Source: an uncultured Deinococcales bacterium (lineage in GTDB: Bacteria; Deinococcota; Deinococci; Deinococcales; JAAFIG01). From it: a stretch of DNA of 41,709 nucleotides. Shown here one piece after another: positions 1 through 9,519 of this stretch. The stretch's first letter is position 1, and each line of letters starts with the position of its first letter. The notes below the pieces were generated by a model. The model was given only the letters and a program-made list of their open reading frames with translations, did not search any database and was not told the DNA's origin. Location: assembly GCA_964247135.1 (NCBI GenBank), contig CAXTTL010000011.1, positions 1-41,709 on the forward strand. The letters run 5' to 3'. The translations under genes were made by a program, and so were the position numbers.

Positions 1-609
1 TAAGGCGCCTGGCAGCACAACAGCATCGACCCCGAGCGCGAGGTAGCGCAGCACGTCTGCGCCGTTGCGAACCGCGCCTTTGGCAAACAGCAGGGTGTCT
101 CCAACGGCGTCGCGCAAGTCTGGCACGAGGGCGACCAGACTTGGACCGCCGAGCCAGGCACTGAGGCTCGAGCTGGCAATGATGGCGTCTGCACCGGCTT
201 CGGCGGAAAGTTCGGCATCTCGAGGGTCGAGCAGTCCGGCGACCACGAAGGGCAGTCCGCAGGCGCTTTTGAGTTCGGAGAGTTCACCGGCGCTGCGTGG
301 GCGCGTCTCGAGGTCGGCGGCGAGGGCGCTGAAGTCCACACCGGCGGCAATCGCGCCCAAGTCTCGGGCTTCGCGCATCATGGGCACGAGCAGTTTCATT
401 TTGACGGGTGGCGCGAGCCAGATTGACCCCAGGGCGTCTTCGCGGCGGCTGGTGATGCGTCCAGTCCAGTTGGCGGGGACTTCCGCCCAGAGCGGTCCTG
501 GCAGCTCGAGGTCGAGTCCTGACCAGCTTGGGTTGACCTCGTCGGAGTCGTGGATCACCCTTGGCAGCAACTCGAGGTTGTCAAGGGCGATGATGTCTTT
601 GGCGTACAT
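1..609 (-). CDS. FMN-dependent alpha-hydroxy-acid oxidase-like protein, catalytically degenerate; 3' end outside window
   Basis: Not in the ORF track because it runs off the edge. Hand translation from ATG 609: MYAKDIIALDNLELLPRVIHDSDEV...LPFVVAGLLDPRDAELSAEAGADAII...KGAVRNGADVLRYLALGVDAVVL, matching glycolate/lactate oxidase-family segments. TAGGCT lies 6 nt before the ATG. Confidence 0.7.
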   Translation of the reverse strand, partial: MYAKDIIALDNLELLPRVIHDSDEVNPSWSGLDLELPGPLWAEVPANWTGRITSRREDALGSIWLAPPVKMKLLVPMMREARDLGAIAAGVDFSALAADLETRPRSAGELSELKSACGLPFVVAGLLDPRDAELSAEAGADAIIASSSLSAWLGGPSLVALVPDLRDAVGDTLLFAKGAVRNGADVLRYLALGVDAVVLPGAL

Positions 610-624
610 GGGTTTAGCCTAGCA

Positions 625-1302
625 CTAAGCTTCGTTGTTTTCGGCGCGAAAGCTCGAGCTGTAATTGTGCTCGAGGTGCGCCGAGTCGTTGTATGCAAGC
701 ATCGTGCCGCGCAGGGTGGCGTCTTGGTTGCTTAGAATTCTAAACCTGGTGATGCTGGTGTTTTCCAGACCGCCAAAATTGAGTTTTTGATCAAAGTCGC
801 CCAGCAACACGCTGGTGGCGGCGCGGATGCTGCCGCCGTGCGAGAACACGATCACGCGTCCGTCGGGGTGACGGCGTATCAATTCTTGCAAGCCGAGTTT
901 AACGCGTTCCATCAGTTCCGCTCGAGATTCGGCGTCGGGGTAACGTTCGGTGACCAGCACGGGTCGGGTTGCGCCACGCGCCTCGAGCATGGCGGCGACC
1001 TCGTTGGTGCTCAAGCCCTGCAATGCGCCGAGCATTTGTTCGCGCCAACGGGCGTCCGCCAAAACTTGGGTGCGTCCGCCCAGGTTGCTGTTGACAATTC
1101 TGGCGGTCTCGAGGGCGCGTGAGAGGTCGGAGCTGTAAATGGCATCGAAACTTGTGCCACGCAATCGGTGCGCCAACATGGTGGCTTGGTCGCGCCCGAG
1201 GCTCGAGAGTGGCACGTCGAGGTGTCCCTGGGCGCGGCGTTCGGTATTCCAGGTGGTTTCGCCGTGGCGCACCAGCCAGAGTTTGAGGGTCGGTTCAACC
1301 AT
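625..1302 (-). CDS. Histidine phosphatase (phosphoglycerate mutase family)
   Basis: LVRHGETTWN, SSDLSRALETA and FSHGG motifs. Start moved to ATG 1302 because the track's longer N-terminus overlaps the divergent gene. Confidence 0.9.
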   Translation of the reverse strand: MVEPTLKLWLVRHGETTWNTERRAQGHLDVPLSSLGRDQATMLAHRLRGTSFDAIYSSDLSRALETARIVNSNLGGRTQVLADARWREQMLGALQGLSTNEVAAMLEARGATRPVLVTERYPDAESRAELMERVKLGLQELIRRHPDGRVIVFSHGGSIRAATSVLLGDFDQKLNFGGLENTSITRFRILSNQDATLRGTMLAYNDSAHLEHNYSSSFRAENNEA

Positions 1303-1528
1303 GAAGCATCCAGTTTGGCAGGACTGCCCTTCCAGCCAGGGCGGCTCGAGTTGAGGGTGGTGTTTGGCGCACAGGGTGCATCCCACCATCATGCTATGGA
1401 TTTCATTTTGGGCGCGTGAAAATCCGCCATGTGCGTTTATTGAAAGGTCGTGGCAGTATCCTAAGCTCAGACGGTTTCTAAGATTTAAGCTGCACCAACA
1501 CAGACCTGATTTTCCAAGGAGTGACCCA

Positions 1529-2500
1529 ATGACGCAAAAACACAAAAATCCACAACGACTGAAGCTCGACATGACCGCCGGGCGCGAAGCCAGCCTCGAG
1601 CGTACCGAACAATCCGAATACACAACCCCTGGCACAAATGGTGTGGAGTTCGCCACGCCCAGGGCAAAATTGATCGAGGAGGCAGACCATGCCATCCGAG
1701 CCGACCTCTCGGATTTCCCCAAGGCGCTTGCGGCATATGAAGCCTTGTCGCACGACATCGAGGCGCTGGCAAATTGGGACATGGCAAATTACATCACGGT
1801 GCGCAAACTGGGTTACAACGATCACGGACGGGTTCATGCCTGGGTGACGGGCGCGGCGAGCCTGGCAATCCTCGAGTTGCTTTTAGAGACCGGTTTGCGC
1901 GGCGATGTGCTCGAGTCGGGCACGGGCGACATCGACGACACCTACCTGGTGGTGCTGATTGGCACAATGTTGCACGACATCGGCAATCAGGTGCACCGCA
2001 ACGCCCACGAGGCTTTTGGGGTGATGCTTGCCATGCCGATTCTCGAGCGACTGCTGACGCCGATTTATGCCGATGTGGCGCTGCGCACCAAAATTCGGGG
2101 TTTTATTCTGCATTCGATCAACTGTCACGACCTCAATCCTGCGCCTTTAACGTTCGAGGGTGGTATCACGGCGGTTGCCGATGGTACGGACATCACCAAA
2201 GGTCGTGGGCGCAAGGCGTTTGCGCTGGGCAAGGTGGACATTCACAGCGTCGGGGCTTTGGCGGTCGATCAGGTGTTGATCTCGAGGGGAACCGACAAAC
2301 CCATCGAGATCAATGTCAGCATGAACAACAGCGCCGGAATCTTTCAGGTCGAGGAGACGCTGGCAAAAAAGGTCATCAATTCTCCGATAGGCAAGTACGT
2401 CAATCTGACCGCCACCACCGAAAACGGTTCGAGCCAAGACCACCGCATCGTGCATCAGGTCAGGCTCGAGGGCAAAGGTTTTGTCAAGCTCGAGGGTTGA
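1529..2500 (+). CDS. HD-domain metal-dependent phosphohydrolase
   Basis: LGYNDHGRVH, LHDIGN and VADGTD motifs; AAGGAG RBS before ATG 1529. Confidence 0.85.
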   Translation: MTQKHKNPQRLKLDMTAGREASLERTEQSEYTTPGTNGVEFATPRAKLIEEADHAIRADLSDFPKALAAYEALSHDIEALANWDMANYITVRKLGYNDHGRVHAWVTGAASLAILELLLETGLRGDVLESGTGDIDDTYLVVLIGTMLHDIGNQVHRNAHEAFGVMLAMPILERLLTPIYADVALRTKIRGFILHSINCHDLNPAPLTFEGGITAVADGTDITKGRGRKAFALGKVDIHSVGALAVDQVLISRGTDKPIEINVSMNNSAGIFQVEETLAKKVINSPIGKYVNLTATTENGSSQDHRIVHQVRLEGKGFVKLEG

Positions 2501-2593
2501 AAACCTAGCGATGGGTACGTTCAGAACTTTTGAAATTTGAGGCTCGGGTTAGAATTTTTGCCATGACGTTGTTTTGTAGGCTCGAGGTTTTAC

Positions 2594-3307
2594 ATGGCTG
2601 AGGTCAGCCCGGTCACGGCGCTGCTTCAGATCATTGGGTCTGACTTGGTGCTCTCTGGCGACAACGCGGTGGTGATTGGTTTGGCGGTGCAACATCTGCG
2701 TCAACCGCTGCGGCGGCGTGCGGTCTTGTTCGGCACGCTCGGCGCGGTCGTGTTGCGGGTGTTGTTCACGGTTTTTGCCACTTTTTTGCTTAAAATTCCG
2801 CTGCTCTCGGCGCTCGGTGGCATCACGTTGTTTTGGATCGGTTACCGTCTGCTGGCGGACGTTCAAGAAAACCACGACGAGGCGATTGAGGTTCAGGGCG
2901 GGTTTTTCAATGCAGTGCGCACCATCGTCATCGCCGATGCGGTCATGAGTCTGGACAACGCGCTGGCGGTGGCGGGCGCGGCGAAAGGCAATTTGGTCTT
3001 GCTTTTGATTGGACTTGCCTTGTCGATTCCGCTTTTAATGATCGGTTCTAATTTTGTCTCGAGCCTCTTCAACCGAATGCCGTGGTTGACCGTGGTCGGC
3101 GCGGCGCTGATCGCCTGGGTCGGTGCGGATTTGATTCACGGCGACCATTTGCTCGGGCAGTGGCTGCCGTTTCTCGAGTCTGGTCTGGCGCTCTGGGTCA
3201 TGCGGGTTGCGGCAATCGCTGGCGTGATTGGTTTGGGTTTGCGGGCGCAACGTGCCGCCCGTTTGCGCGAACTGACGGAGAACGCGGCGCGTCAACAAAC
3301 GCCTTAA
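2594..3307 (+). CDS. TerC/YjbE family integral membrane protein
   Basis: DLVLSGDNAVVI and IADAVMSLDNALAV motifs; multiple hydrophobic helices. Confidence 0.92.
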   Translation: MAEVSPVTALLQIIGSDLVLSGDNAVVIGLAVQHLRQPLRRRAVLFGTLGAVVLRVLFTVFATFLLKIPLLSALGGITLFWIGYRLLADVQENHDEAIEVQGGFFNAVRTIVIADAVMSLDNALAVAGAAKGNLVLLLIGLALSIPLLMIGSNFVSSLFNRMPWLTVVGAALIAWVGADLIHGDHLLGQWLPFLESGLALWVMRVAAIAGVIGLGLRAQRAARLRELTENAARQQTP

Positions 3308-4347
3308 TTTTGAGGGTCAATGCTGATGATCGGGCAGTTTTGAACGAATCCCGTGGCTCTCCAATTTGTGCCGTCGCTGGCGGTGATCGCGTGTTGTGCC
3401 GCCAAACTTGGCAGGCTCGAGAAGCTGGTTTGCAAGGTGTTGGTCTGGTCTTTCAGGGCTTGGCTCGACCAGACGCTGACGTGGGCGTCCATCAGCGGAC
3501 TGTATTTGGATGCAGGGTTTTTGTTGTCAGGTATGAACTCGAACACGTGCTGCGGGTCACCTTCGCCGTATAAAAAAGACAGTAAACCCTGGCGGTTTGG
3601 GTTCTCCAAACCCGATTGTCCGTTCACAAAAATGGCGATCCCGTTGCGGCTCGAGGTGGCGTCGCTCGCGCCCAAACGCGGCGCAAGGTTGAGTTTTGGT
3701 GTTAGCGTGGCAAACTCGAGCGTGGCGGGGATCGCGGCGGACGCTTCAAAGCAGGTGAACCACACTTTTGAACCTTCAAAAAATCCTTGACTGAAAAAAA
3801 GACTCACTTGATGTTTGACTGTGTCCAGTTCGATCACTCGGTCATGTACTCCAGTTTGGTTGGCGACTTGCGAGGCGTTCAAGACAATGCCGTTCGGTAG
3901 TTCGATCAACGGTGAATATTGACCTTTTGCGACGCTGCCAGGTTCGTAATTTTCGGGCGGGATGACGCTCGAGCCTGGGTTGAGAAACCAAGTCGCACTG
4001 AAATCGACGCCTGCCGAAACCTCCAGAATGCCGTCCACGAGTTTGGCTGGTTGAACGGCACTCGAGCCTCTGAGGTTAACCAATTTAGGCGCAAAATTGA
4101 CATGGCGTTTTAAAGCATCGTTTTGATCTGAAGATTCCGTGACCACGTACCAAAATGCTTGTCCATCGGCACGTCCCTGAAAAATCGGCAAGGTCACGGT
4201 TTTGAAATCTGGACTTTCAACTGCCGAAGGCATCAACAATTGGTGTTTTGATGCCAGCGCTGTGGTCTGCGCCAAGACGCCAAGACTCAGCAATGCGCAG
4301 GAAATCAGCAAGCTCGAGATGATGGCTAATTTTGCTTTGGTCTTCAT
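3304..4347 (-). CDS. Secreted hypothetical protein
   Basis: MKTKAK followed by a hydrophobic signal peptide from ATG 4347; TAGGCT 5 nt upstream; internal repeat of YSPL; stop overlaps the terC stop. Confidence 0.75.
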   Translation of the reverse strand: MKTKAKLAIISSLLISCALLSLGVLAQTTALASKHQLLMPSAVESPDFKTVTLPIFQGRADGQAFWYVVTESSDQNDALKRHVNFAPKLVNLRGSSAVQPAKLVDGILEVSAGVDFSATWFLNPGSSVIPPENYEPGSVAKGQYSPLIELPNGIVLNASQVANQTGVHDRVIELDTVKHQVSLFFSQGFFEGSKVWFTCFEASAAIPATLEFATLTPKLNLAPRLGASDATSSRNGIAIFVNGQSGLENPNRQGLLSFLYGEGDPQHVFEFIPDNKNPASKYSPLMDAHVSVWSSQALKDQTNTLQTSFSSLPSLAAQHAITASDGTNWRATGFVQNCPIISIDPQN

Positions 4348-4546
4348 GACCAAGCCTACAAGAATCCTAGGCTTGAATTTGCTTCCTGGACTCAATTTCG
4401 AGCTGTTCCGCCGTGAAATGGCGGAACAGCTCAAGTGAAACCATCAAAGGGACACGTCAAGGCGTCCGTTTCAGGGTGTAGAATCCCGATTGATGTGTTT
4501 TCGCTCGAGGCAGCAAAGCTTGCTCGAGCCGTAAAGGAGTCTGGTT

Positions 4547-5680
4547 GTGACCCAACCCGTTTTGGAAGGTTTAAGAGGCGTTGTTTTTACCGAATCCAAA
4601 CTCGCTTTTATCGACGGCGAGAAAGGCATTCTCAAGTACGTTGGCATTCCAATCCAAGAACTTGCCGAAAACAGCAGCTTCGAGGAAACCTCGTTTCTGC
4701 TCTTGAACGCAAGGCTGCCCAACAAACCTGAACTCGAGGAATTTGACGCGGCGCTCCGTTCGCGGCGGGTGGCACCTGCGGGTTTGATCGAATTGATGCG
4801 CATGTTCCCCAAAGACCTGCACCCGATGCACGCGCTGCGGACTGCCGTCTCGAGCCTTGCCATGTTTGACAAGGACGCCGACAACACCACTTTGGTAGGC
4901 AAACTCGAGAAAGCCTACAACCTGATCGCGCAGATGAGCACGATCATTGCGGCGCTCTACCGATTGCAACAAAACCTCGAGCCGGTCGCCCCGCGCAACG
5001 ATTTAACCCATGCCGCCAATTTCTTGTACATGATTCACAATGAAATCCCCAGCCCAGAACAGGCGCGGTTGTTCGACATTGCCCTGGTCTTGCACGCCGA
5101 CCACGGCATGAACGCCAGCACTTTCACGGGCATTGCGACCGCCAGCACGCTTTCGGACATGTACTCGAGCATCACCAGCGCGATTGGCAGCCTGAAGGGA
5201 CCACTGCACGGCGGCGCGAACGAGGCTGTTATGGACATGCTTGAAGACATTGGCGAGGTCGAAAAAGCCGAAAGCTACATCAGCGCCAAGCTCGAGCGCA
5301 AAGAAAAAGTCATGGGTGTGGGTCACGCGGTCTACAAGTTCTTTGATCCCCGCTCGAGGGTCTTAAAAGAGTACGCGGCGGTCGTGGCTGCCAAACACGG
5401 CGAGAGCAAGCAATACCAGATTTTATCCAAAGTCGAAGAGGTGGTCGTCGCCAGATTGTCCGCCAAAGGGATTTATCCCAACGTGGACTTTTATTCTGGC
5501 GTGGTTTACAGCGACCTCGGCATTCCAAAAGCCTTTTTCACGCCTGTCTTTGCTCTGGCGCGAATTTCGGGTTGGATGGCGAGCATCATCGAGTACACCC
5601 AACATAACAATCTGCTGCGCCCCACTGTCAATTACGTTGGACCCGACGAGTCGCACTGGATTCCGCTCGAGCAACGTTGA
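4547..5680 (+). CDS. gltA: Citrate synthase
   Basis: HADHGMNAST, GPLHGGANE, MGVGHAVYK and YPNVDFYSG motifs; AAGGAG RBS before the GTG start. Confidence 0.95.
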   Translation: MTQPVLEGLRGVVFTESKLAFIDGEKGILKYVGIPIQELAENSSFEETSFLLLNARLPNKPELEEFDAALRSRRVAPAGLIELMRMFPKDLHPMHALRTAVSSLAMFDKDADNTTLVGKLEKAYNLIAQMSTIIAALYRLQQNLEPVAPRNDLTHAANFLYMIHNEIPSPEQARLFDIALVLHADHGMNASTFTGIATASTLSDMYSSITSAIGSLKGPLHGGANEAVMDMLEDIGEVEKAESYISAKLERKEKVMGVGHAVYKFFDPRSRVLKEYAAVVAAKHGESKQYQILSKVEEVVVARLSAKGIYPNVDFYSGVVYSDLGIPKAFFTPVFALARISGWMASIIEYTQHNNLLRPTVNYVGPDESHWIPLEQR

Positions 5681-5834
5681 ATGGGTTTGTCTTGACCTTA
5701 AAAAATTGTGCGGTTTTGCAGTGATTTTGGCATTAAGCTGTACGCTCTAAGGAACAACGTTTTTAGCTTACTGCTTGAAGCTTATAGCTTATAGCCCTTT
5801 TGTCTGCTCGAGAATTCATACGTTAAACTCGAGC

Positions 5835-6902
5835 ATGAAGGTTTTAAAGATCAAAGATGTGGCGCTCGCGGCTGGGGTCAGCCCTGGAACGGCGTCCAAA
5901 GTTTTAACGGGCAATGGTGTGGCGTATCAGGTCAGCGCCAGCACCATCGAGCGCGTGCAACGGGTGGCGAAAGAATTGGGGTACGTGCCAAACATTGCCG
6001 CCCGCAATTTAAGGTTGCAACGCACGGGGCAAATCGGTGTGGTGCTCGAGGAGGTCATGGCGAACGAGGGTTCGGTCGACCTCGAGTTGGGTGATTTCAG
6101 GTTGTCGGCAATGGCTTCGGTGCGGCGAACCTTTGACGGCGCGATCATGGCGGGGCTGTCCGATGCGGCGCGTCAGCATCAACTCGAGGCGTTTGTGGTT
6201 TACCCAAAATTGAACTCGGCGGCGCACCTCGAGCCGAACCGATTTTTGGATGGTCGGATTGATGGGTTATTGATCGGGCGCAATCCTTTAAAGGCGAACG
6301 ATTTGATTTATCAGATCGATCCCGCGCGTTTGCCGCTGGTCGCACTGTGGACGCAAATCGTTCCCGAGGGTGTGGGTTATGCCGATGCCGATCAGTTTGG
6401 TGGCGGGGTCATGGCGGTGCGGCATCTGCTCGAGTTGGGACACCGCAAGATTGCGTTTTTTGGTTCGGGGATTCATTCTGGTATCGAGCATTTTGTCTTG
6501 CGACATCAAGGTTATCTCGAGGGTTTAAAAGCCGCAGGGATTGTCTCAAAACCAGAATGGCACGTCTCGAGTACCCAGAAATTGCTCGAGTTGTTGCGCG
6601 GTCAAGACCCTGTGACCGCCGTGTTTGCCGAAACCGATACCGAAGCCGCCGCCGTGGCTCGAGAGGTTCAGCGCTCGGGTTTGAGGATTCCCGAAGACAT
6701 TTCAATTGTTGGTTTTGACGATGTTTTTGGGGCAGATTTTATTGCGGGCGGCTTGACCACGATTTATCATCCAGCCCAGGAGATGGCGGCTGAAGGTGTG
6801 AAAAACCTGCTGGCGTTGTTGGCTGGCTCGGATGTTGAATTGTGTCGTTCAATCGTGTCGACTCGGGTTGTGAAGCGTCATACGACCGCGCCAGCAATTT
6901 GA
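5835..6902 (+). CDS. LacI family transcriptional regulator
   Basis: IKDVALAAGVSPGTASKVL HTH, YVPNIAARNL hinge and PEDISIVGFDD; TAAACT 5 nt before ATG 5835. Confidence 0.93.
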   Translation: MKVLKIKDVALAAGVSPGTASKVLTGNGVAYQVSASTIERVQRVAKELGYVPNIAARNLRLQRTGQIGVVLEEVMANEGSVDLELGDFRLSAMASVRRTFDGAIMAGLSDAARQHQLEAFVVYPKLNSAAHLEPNRFLDGRIDGLLIGRNPLKANDLIYQIDPARLPLVALWTQIVPEGVGYADADQFGGGVMAVRHLLELGHRKIAFFGSGIHSGIEHFVLRHQGYLEGLKAAGIVSKPEWHVSSTQKLLELLRGQDPVTAVFAETDTEAAAVAREVQRSGLRIPEDISIVGFDDVFGADFIAGGLTTIYHPAQEMAAEGVKNLLALLAGSDVELCRSIVSTRVVKRHTTAPAI

Positions 6903-6964
6903 GGGGGTAAGTTTCCTGTGCCAGGGTTTGTGATTCAGTACGGCTACACTTTTAACTCAAAAAA

Positions 6965-6981
6965 TGTTATACTCAGTTCAA
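6965..6981 (+). promoter_or_regulatory. Extended -10 (TGnTATACT) overlapped by a putative TetR-type FadR operator, TTATACTCAGTTCAA
   Basis: 15-bp imperfect palindrome at 6967-6981 fits the TTRNACYNRGTNYAA consensus I recall for Thermus FadR; it sits upstream of a beta-oxidation gene. Confidence 0.65.
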
Positions 6982-7017
6982 TAAAATTACAAACCCAAGA
7001 AGTCCGAGGAGGCAAGC

Positions 7018-8802
7018 ATGATCGCAGAACGCCCAGAACCCGTCACCAGCAAAAAAGGTGGCATGTTTTTGATCTCTCAAACCCCGCCCGACCAAACCCA
7101 CACGCCCGAAGATTTCTCGAGCGACGTGAAAGACATTTACAAAGCCGTGGACGAATTTGTGAAGGCTCGGGTCATGCCAAACATGGAAACGCTCGAGGCG
7201 CACGACAATGCGCTGTTAAAACAAATCTTGCACGAATGCGGCGACCAAGGTTTTTTTCAGGTCGAAGTGCCAGAGGCTTACGGCGGTCTGGACATGAGCA
7301 AAACCACCGCCACCTACGTCGGTGAAGCCCTGGCGCAGGCGGGCGGTTTTGCGGTGGCGTTCGGCGCTCATGCCAGCATCGGTATGCTGCCCTTGGTGTA
7401 CTTTGGAACGGAAGCTTTAAAAGCCAAATACCTCGAGCAGATGGCGGCAGGCAAATTGATTGGCGCCTACTGTCTGTCCGAACCAAGTTCTGGGTCGGAC
7501 GCCCAAGCCGCCAAAACCCGTGCCGTGCCAAGCGAAGACGGCTCGAGTTACAAGATTTCTGGCACCAAAATGTGGATTTCCAACGGCGGCATTGCCGACA
7601 TCTATACCGTGTTCTGCCAGGTCATCACCCCGCAAGGTCCAAAGTTTAGTGCGTTTTTGATCGAACGAAATTTTCCAGGCGTTTCCACCGGCAAAGAGGA
7701 ACACAAACTTGGAATCAAGCTTTCCAGCACCACGCAATTGATCCTCGAGGATGTGGTCGTTCCAGCCGAAAATTTATTGGGCGAGGTCGGTTGGGGCGCA
7801 AAAATTGCGTTTAATATTTTAAATATTGGGCGTTACAAACTCGGTTCTGGCGGTGTGGGCGGCAGCAAAGCGGTCTTGAACGCCAGCACCAAATACGCCA
7901 AAGAGCGCACCAGCTTCGGGCAACCGATTGCCAATTTTGGCGCGATTCAAGAAAAACTTGCCGAAATGTGCCTCGAGATTTACGCCGCCGAAAGTGTCAC
8001 CTACCGCGTCACGGGTTTGATCGACGAGATTGCCGACACCGCCAAAAGCAGTGCTGAGAAACTCAAAGCCATCGAAACCTACCGCGTCGAAGCCAGCATT
8101 GTGAAGGTTTACGGCACCGAAGTTTTGGCGTATTGCACCGACCAAGCCGTGCAGGTTTTTGGCGGTTATGGTTTCAGCGAGGAGTACCCGGTTGCTCGTG
8201 CGTACCGCGACGCCCGCATCAACCGCATTTTTGAGGGCACCAACGAAATCAACCGCATGATTATCCCAGGCGAACTCTTGAAAATGGGCATGAAGGGCGA
8301 AATTCCACTCATGCAAGCCGCCCAAAAACTTCAAGTGGAAATGCTCGAGCCAAGCTTTTCTGACGACACCGACGACGCGCCACTGGCGAATGAGACTCGA
8401 GTGGTCGAAGGGCTGAAAAAAGCGGCATTGCAGGTCGCGGGTTTGGCGGCACTGAAATTCAGCAATAAGCTGAGCGAACAACAAGAAATTTTGGCTCGGG
8501 TTGCCGACATCATCATCTCGAGCTTTGCAGGCGAAAGTGCGTTGTTGCGCACCCAGAAAATGATGGCGTCAGGTAAAAATGCTGACGTTCAAATTGCCAT
8601 GACCCAAGTGCTGGTGCATGACCTCGCCGAAAAATGCGCGGTCTGGGGACGTGAAGCCCTCTCGAGCTTTACCGAGGGCGACGATTTGCGACTAAACCTG
8701 GCAGCCATGAAACGCCTGACCAAACACGACAGCGTGAATGTCGTGGCGTTGCGCCGTCAGATTGCGGCGGCGGTCATCGAAGCCGACGGCTACCTGAATT
8801 AA
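7018..8802 (+). CDS. Acyl-CoA dehydrogenase (long, FadE-type with C-terminal extension)
   Basis: YCLSEPSSGSDA, GTKMWISNG, QVFGGYGFSEEY and RIFEGTNEINR motifs; GAGGAGG RBS. Confidence 0.95.
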   Translation: MIAERPEPVTSKKGGMFLISQTPPDQTHTPEDFSSDVKDIYKAVDEFVKARVMPNMETLEAHDNALLKQILHECGDQGFFQVEVPEAYGGLDMSKTTATYVGEALAQAGGFAVAFGAHASIGMLPLVYFGTEALKAKYLEQMAAGKLIGAYCLSEPSSGSDAQAAKTRAVPSEDGSSYKISGTKMWISNGGIADIYTVFCQVITPQGPKFSAFLIERNFPGVSTGKEEHKLGIKLSSTTQLILEDVVVPAENLLGEVGWGAKIAFNILNIGRYKLGSGGVGGSKAVLNASTKYAKERTSFGQPIANFGAIQEKLAEMCLEIYAAESVTYRVTGLIDEIADTAKSSAEKLKAIETYRVEASIVKVYGTEVLAYCTDQAVQVFGGYGFSEEYPVARAYRDARINRIFEGTNEINRMIIPGELLKMGMKGEIPLMQAAQKLQVEMLEPSFSDDTDDAPLANETRVVEGLKKAALQVAGLAALKFSNKLSEQQEILARVADIIISSFAGESALLRTQKMMASGKNADVQIAMTQVLVHDLAEKCAVWGREALSSFTEGDDLRLNLAAMKRLTKHDSVNVVALRRQIAAAVIEADGYLN

Positions 8803-8816
8803 GCTTTTTGCAACTC

Positions 8817-8853
8817 AAATCTCGAGTGAAATGGTTTCACTCGAGATTTTTAT
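8817..8853. terminator. Intrinsic terminator hairpin between convergent genes, with CTCGAG in each arm
   Basis: AAATCTCGAGTGAAA-tgg-TTTCACTCGAGATTT, a perfect 15-bp stem followed by T's. Confidence 0.85.
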
Positions 8854-9437
8854 TTCAGCAATTCTTGACCGAGCGCCAAATAATCCGCCCAGGCGAAAGC
8901 CGCTCGAGGGTCGCGCACATCGCGGACGATCAAACCGTTTGCCACGGCTTTCTCGAATGCGGCATAACGCCGAATGTTGGTGGCAAAATGCGGCAGGTTT
9001 AACGATTTGAGTTTTGCCAGCGCCAAACCCGCGTCTTTGGACGGGGGCGGCGGCGCGAGCGTCACCAGCACCCGAAACGGTAAACCTTCCAGGTCATCCG
9101 CCAGAGGCTCGAGGGTCGCCAGTGAAAGCGTGTTCGGGGCGGTTGGAACGATCAGCAAATCGGCTTTCTGGCTGAATTCGTCGAGCGTTTTGGCTTTGGG
9201 TTGCGCCCGAGTATCCACAATCACAAAATCAAACTTTTTTGGTCTGGCGTCTTTGGGCAAGCAAACCGTAAAATCCAAGCCCGTACCTCGAGCCGCCCAA
9301 GTCAGTGCGCCACCGGCAGGATCGGCATCGATCAACAGCGTTTTTCCTCGAGCCGATAAAACCGCCGCCAAATGAATGGCGGTCGTGGTTTTTCCGACGC
9401 CACCTTTGAGCGATGTGATGACAAAACGAACCGGCAA
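8850..9437 (-). CDS. Short ParA/Soj-family ATPase (orphan)
   Basis: Deviant Walker A KGGVGKTT, LLIDADP and IVDT motifs; AAGGAG RBS before TTG; TAGAAT upstream. Confidence 0.9.
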   Translation of the reverse strand: MPVRFVITSLKGGVGKTTTAIHLAAVLSARGKTLLIDADPAGGALTWAARGTGLDFTVCLPKDARPKKFDFVIVDTRAQPKAKTLDEFSQKADLLIVPTAPNTLSLATLEPLADDLEGLPFRVLVTLAPPPPSKDAGLALAKLKSLNLPHFATNIRRYAAFEKAVANGLIVRDVRDPRAAFAWADYLALGQELLK

Positions 9438-9519
9438 GAAATGCTCCTTTGTTGGTTTGATTCTAACGGATTTGCGTTTTGAATGGCGAACTCGAGATGT
9501 CTGCTCGAGCCTCGAGCCA

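Noticed and set aside
65-622. 185-aa plus-strand ORF
   Set aside because: Antisense shadow of the minus-strand oxidase-like gene (1-609); Ser/Arg-rich with no motifs.
1303-1782. Long N-terminal extensions of the phosphatase and HD ORFs overlapping each other
   Set aside because: Family motifs and the RBS place the starts at 1302 and 1529; the extensions cross the divergent promoter region.
2501-2593. yybP-ykoY (Mn) riboswitch upstream of terC
   Set aside because: The spacer is only about 90 bp with a -10 box 11 nt from the ATG; no room and no recognisable motif.
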